Of a stretch of 64,000 bases of DNA, positions 60,226-64,000 are shown piece by piece. Source of the stretch: Candidatus Eiseniibacteriota bacterium. Its GTDB lineage: Bacteria; Eisenbacteria; RBG-16-71-46; SZUA-252. The notes beneath the pieces are model-generated. The model made no database searches. It was not told where the DNA came from and saw only the letters and a list, made by a program, of their open reading frames with translations. The translations under genes and the position numbers were made by a program. The number at the start of each line of letters is the position of its first letter. Positions within the stretch are counted from its first letter, which is position 1. The stretch is from assembly GCA_963703225.1 (NCBI GenBank), contig OY969801.1, positions 608,001 through 672,000 on the forward strand, written 5' to 3'.

Positions 60226-63200
60226 GTGCGTTATCGTGAGCGCTCCCTCGTCGTACTGCTGCTGTTGGCCCTCCTCGTAATCCCCTCGTCTACACAGGCG
60301 CGCCCACCTACGACAAACGGCGGCTATCCCGATGGATTGCCGAAGCAATATCGCGGCCAGCTTTGGTGGGCCGGCACGCTCACGCGCCAAACTTCCGTGA
60401 CCACGACCTGGTACCTCTATCCGGGTGCATGCGTCCAGCGTGCCCTCGGCACCTGGTCGGCCAAGTCGAGCCCGGTCGCCGATAGCCTCCAGCCGACCGG
60501 CGGCTTTGCCAACTCCTCGGGCTATACCGACAACCAGCCGGACATCGCGGGCAACAACAACACCATTGCGTACACTCGCGACGACGGGTCGCTTTCCGGG
60601 AGGCTATGGCACGTCGTCAACGTCGGCGTGCCCGCCTCCCAGCGCCCGGCCATCATCAACGGCTCGAATAGCCTCTGGTGCGGGAAGTTCGACCCCAGCT
60701 GGGTCGTCAAGGTCGGCTATCCGAACAACACCTTCCAGATCCTCTACATCGATACCGGTGCGCACGGGGGCACGTACCACCTCACCTTCACTGGAAGGCT
60801 CGGCTGCGAGCAGAACTACGACTACAACGCCATCATCGGTGGCGGAGGCCTAGGCCAGACGGATCACGCCGATCCCCTCCAGAATCGTCGAGATCTCATG
60901 CGCGATGTTCTGCCTCCATTCGGCAACGCGACCGCCGGGCCCTACGGAGATTCAGACAACATCGTCACCTTCACGGGGAACATCCAAAGCGCGCAGGCGC
61001 GCACGCAGAACCACACGGGACTGTTGTCCAACTCGATCGTCGTGGGCGCCGCGTCCGGATTCCCGACGGCGCAAGCCTACGACATCACGATCGATAGCGA
61101 TCATCGGGCCCTCTACTTCGTGTTCACCTCGGACGACCGGTTCTCGCCCGAGGATGGACGCTGGCCGGAGAGCAATGGACAGATCATCGATGACCTCGCG
61201 ACCAGCGACAATGGCTCGATCTACACGGATCAAGCTGAGGTGGGAACGTCCGATCCGTTCGGGGGGATCGTCATCGTGGGGACCTACGGGACGGCGGGCT
61301 ACGTTGCCGGCCGCGTTCCCGCCGGCATCGGCGGGCTCTGGCAGCTCGCTCCCGGGAACGAGAACGTGACCGCGGATCCCTGCTCGCCTCAGAAGGCGCT
61401 CTCCACCGACCTCTTCTTCGAAGGCGGCGATCCGAGCACCAACCTCGCGATCAATGGGCAGTTCAATTCCATCGTCGGCTGTGCCTTCCCCGTGCCGACA
61501 GGCATCGCATCGATTCGATTGCAGTGGGGAGAGTACCTTGATTTACCCCAGTACGCGGGATATGCACAGTACGCGGAGTATCGGTTCTACAAGGGCGGCG
61601 ACTGGTCGCGCTGGACCAACGCGTCGGCGGGCGGCGGGGTCAGCAGCGGGGCGAATCAAGCGTGGGGGACCAAGTCCTACGAGCTCCCGCAGGCGGTGCA
61701 GGCGGACTCGGTGCAGGTGCGATTGAATCTGAAGTGCATCCCCGTGTTCGCCGCCGACCAGTCAAACTGCTCCACCTCGCAGGCGAACCCCCTCCTCTAC
61801 GACGACCTTCGCCTCGAGGTGACGACCGGGGTCCCTGGCCCCTATTTTGGAATTCTGTTCAACTCGCTGGCCCAGACGACGTTCGTCGACGGGGTCATCG
61901 GCTCGACCGTGCCGGGCGCGCCGGCCAACTGCGGGTCCAAGGTCAATCAGTGCTGGCCGGGGAACCGTGGCTCGGGCCTCGGCAATCCGGCCGATCACAA
62001 TATCGCCGTCAACGACAACTGGAACTCGCCATTGGGCGACTCGATCACCCTCGCCATCGTCAGCGGCCTGGCCAGGAACGGCATGGGCGTGAACTGGAAG
62101 GACGGAAAGGACGGGACGGTCGATAACGGCGAGAACTATCAGGCGCGCCACAACGGCTCGTTCAACGCCGCGTTCGACTCCCCGCGGATGATCTACCGTT
62201 TGTTCGACCCAGCCACGAAGGCCTGGAGCGCGTTCGATTCGTGCCAGATCTATCCAAACGTTTCGATCTCCGGACCCGACACGGTCATCATCGACTCCGA
62301 ATACTCGATCAACTGGCCGCCGGCCGACAAGGTGCTCGCCGGCGCTTCGCTCCCGGGCGGATTCACCATCAACGGAGTGGGCGCCTACTCCCTCCTCGCG
62401 TTCCTCCCGAGGGGCACTCGGATGCAATACTACTTCAAAGGCGTCGATATCAATGGGGGCGTCGCGTACATCTTCTCGTCGGATGCGCTCGCGCGCGAGG
62501 TGGAGGATCTGCCCGCGCTGCCCGGCAGCTCGATCAAGGCCCCGGACATCATCGAGTGGCGCGTACTGCCGAGCGTCTATCCGCCGGGTCCCGGCGGCTC
62601 GCTCTTGGCGGGCCGGACCAACACGCCGATTCTGGACCTGGACGGCGCCTACACGGCGTGGGCCTTTGGCTACGATCCGGTGACGCAGGCGCTGCGCGGC
62701 CTGGGGGTACGGGCCGACCGCTACCGGTACCTGCAGGGGTATGGAACGGCGTCCAACATCGGCGGCCACGAGCTTCCGGGCACGCGCGCGACATATTTGT
62801 CGAACTTTTTCCCGAACTACACGGAGTACCCGATCGCCGACTCGCTGGCTGTCTGGTACCGGATCATGATCCAGTCGAATCACGTGCGCACGGTGAGTCC
62901 GTTCGAAGAGCAGGACGCCATTCTGGCCCAGCAGTGGTGGGCCAGGGACACGGGCTCGAATCAGGGTGACCGCTGCTTCTTCGTCAGCGGCGACGACGTC
63001 ATGAACGCGCTCCTCAATACCACGGGCGTCCCCATCACGAATCAGGTCAGCCTCGCGCAGGACGTGTTCGGCGTGAGCAGCGGCACGAACGCCTGGTCGG
63101 GCACCCTCAGCTCGCCGATCCCCACGATCGACGACCGCTTTGCGGCGGCTGGCGCCGGGCCGGCCCTCGCGGCACCCAACACGTTCACGTATCCGGTGGA

Positions 63201-63960
63201 CGGCTCCTGCCCGGATCCGAATCGGTTCGACGCGCTCACGACGGTCGGGTCGCCGGACGCTGTGGCGGCTGTCTTCTATCCGAACTCGCAGGTCGCCGGC
63301 GTGGCGCGGATGAGCGAGCGCGATGGGGTTGCCGACAAGGACCGGAACAAGGCCCTGGCGTACGGCTTCTCGATCCAATTCATCCGCAACCCGGCCTATG
63401 GTCCGACCAACGCCAATTACGCCCACTCGGGCGTCGAGAACCGGATGCGGGTGCTCTACAAATTCCTCACGAGCTGCCGCGGCGCGAGAACCGGTGCCTC
63501 GGCCGACACAGGGAAGTGCTGGCCCTGTCCAAGCCCCGGCACGACCCTCGCCCTGATGGCGGCCGAGTGGGCGACCCAGTCGGCCGGGTTCGACACCGGC
63601 GTGTGGGGACCGCTCTACCCGATCCAGGCCGGGGCGCTCGCGACCGCCGTGGAGGAGCCGACTCCGCCTCCCGTGGGCTACACCAACGCCCTGCTCCAAA
63701 ATCGGCCCAACCCCTTCAACCCGGAAACGACGATTCCGTACAGCCTCGCGACGTCGGGCCGGGTCGCAATCCGGGTCTTCAACATCGCGGGGCGGAGCGT
63801 TCGAACGCTGGTGGACCGAACGGAGCCCGCCGGGAATCACGTCGTGCACTGGAACGGAAAGAACGACGGCGGGATGCGGGTGGCGAGCGGAGTCTACTTC
63901 TACCGGATTACGTACCCGAATGGGGAAGTGTCGGCGAAGAAGCTGATGATCGTGCGTTGA
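60226..63960 (+). CDS. Large secreted protein (1244 aa) with C-terminal FlgD-like domain
   Basis: Signal peptide; G/S/T/N-rich body; QNRPNPFNPET...WNGKND.G..VASGVYFY C-terminus. Confidence 0.8.
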   Translation: MRYRERSLVVLLLLALLVIPSSTQARPPTTNGGYPDGLPKQYRGQLWWAGTLTRQTSVTTTWYLYPGACVQRALGTWSAKSSPVADSLQPTGGFANSSGYTDNQPDIAGNNNTIAYTRDDGSLSGRLWHVVNVGVPASQRPAIINGSNSLWCGKFDPSWVVKVGYPNNTFQILYIDTGAHGGTYHLTFTGRLGCEQNYDYNAIIGGGGLGQTDHADPLQNRRDLMRDVLPPFGNATAGPYGDSDNIVTFTGNIQSAQARTQNHTGLLSNSIVVGAASGFPTAQAYDITIDSDHRALYFVFTSDDRFSPEDGRWPESNGQIIDDLATSDNGSIYTDQAEVGTSDPFGGIVIVGTYGTAGYVAGRVPAGIGGLWQLAPGNENVTADPCSPQKALSTDLFFEGGDPSTNLAINGQFNSIVGCAFPVPTGIASIRLQWGEYLDLPQYAGYAQYAEYRFYKGGDWSRWTNASAGGGVSSGANQAWGTKSYELPQAVQADSVQVRLNLKCIPVFAADQSNCSTSQANPLLYDDLRLEVTTGVPGPYFGILFNSLAQTTFVDGVIGSTVPGAPANCGSKVNQCWPGNRGSGLGNPADHNIAVNDNWNSPLGDSITLAIVSGLARNGMGVNWKDGKDGTVDNGENYQARHNGSFNAAFDSPRMIYRLFDPATKAWSAFDSCQIYPNVSISGPDTVIIDSEYSINWPPADKVLAGASLPGGFTINGVGAYSLLAFLPRGTRMQYYFKGVDINGGVAYIFSSDALAREVEDLPALPGSSIKAPDIIEWRVLPSVYPPGPGGSLLAGRTNTPILDLDGAYTAWAFGYDPVTQALRGLGVRADRYRYLQGYGTASNIGGHELPGTRATYLSNFFPNYTEYPIADSLAVWYRIMIQSNHVRTVSPFEEQDAILAQQWWARDTGSNQGDRCFFVSGDDVMNALLNTTGVPITNQVSLAQDVFGVSSGTNAWSGTLSSPIPTIDDRFAAAGAGPALAAPNTFTYPVDGSCPDPNRFDALTTVGSPDAVAAVFYPNSQVAGVARMSERDGVADKDRNKALAYGFSIQFIRNPAYGPTNANYAHSGVENRMRVLYKFLTSCRGARTGASADTGKCWPCPSPGTTLALMAAEWATQSAGFDTGVWGPLYPIQAGALATAVEEPTPPPVGYTNALLQNRPNPFNPETTIPYSLATSGRVAIRVFNIAGRSVRTLVDRTEPAGNHVVHWNGKNDGGMRVASGVYFYRITYPNGEVSAKKLMIVR

Positions 63961-63980
63961 TCGGGGGCCCGCGATCAACG
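63955..63980 (+). terminator. Stem-loop overlapping the stop codon
   Basis: CGTTGATCG...CGATCAACG inverted repeat, no clear U-tract. Confidence 0.4.
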
Positions 63981-64000
63981 CGCCCGCCGCGGCGGGAGTC

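Noticed and set aside
57421..63978. Long antisense ORFs (989 aa, 738 aa and similar ones elsewhere)
   Set aside because: Shadow frames of real genes in high-GC DNA with no recognisable motifs.
51950..64000. Island integrated at the tmRNA 3' end
   Set aside because: No duplicated tmRNA 3' fragment and no integrase seen downstream within the window.

Overview
High-GC bacterial chromosome segment. C-terminal FlgD-like domains and a TWGxIK C-terminal motif suggest a Ca. Eisenbacteria/Latescibacteria-like organism (inference). Core genes are an aminotransferase, carbamate kinase, an ABC transporter, smpB-amidase-GerMN-murI-rph-rdgB, ssb, tRNAs Leu/His/Arg/Pro/Lys and tmRNA, interspersed with clusters of small accessory genes. 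The main feature is a polarised gene-cassette array anchored at tRNA-Lys(CTT) (23576-23651). A ~187-bp element, made of a ~140-bp conserved arm plus an exact 46-47-bp copy of the tRNA 3' part from the anticodon arm to CCA, recurs as five complete copies and one truncated copy. Complete copies are 0.87-1.68 kb apart and each spacer holds about one unrelated cargo gene, usually antisense to the tRNA. Progressively decayed relics continue to about 39 kb. No integrase, transposase, reverse transcriptase or Cas gene is visible in the window. Several +1 frameshifts in otherwise intact genes are probably sequencing or assembly errors.
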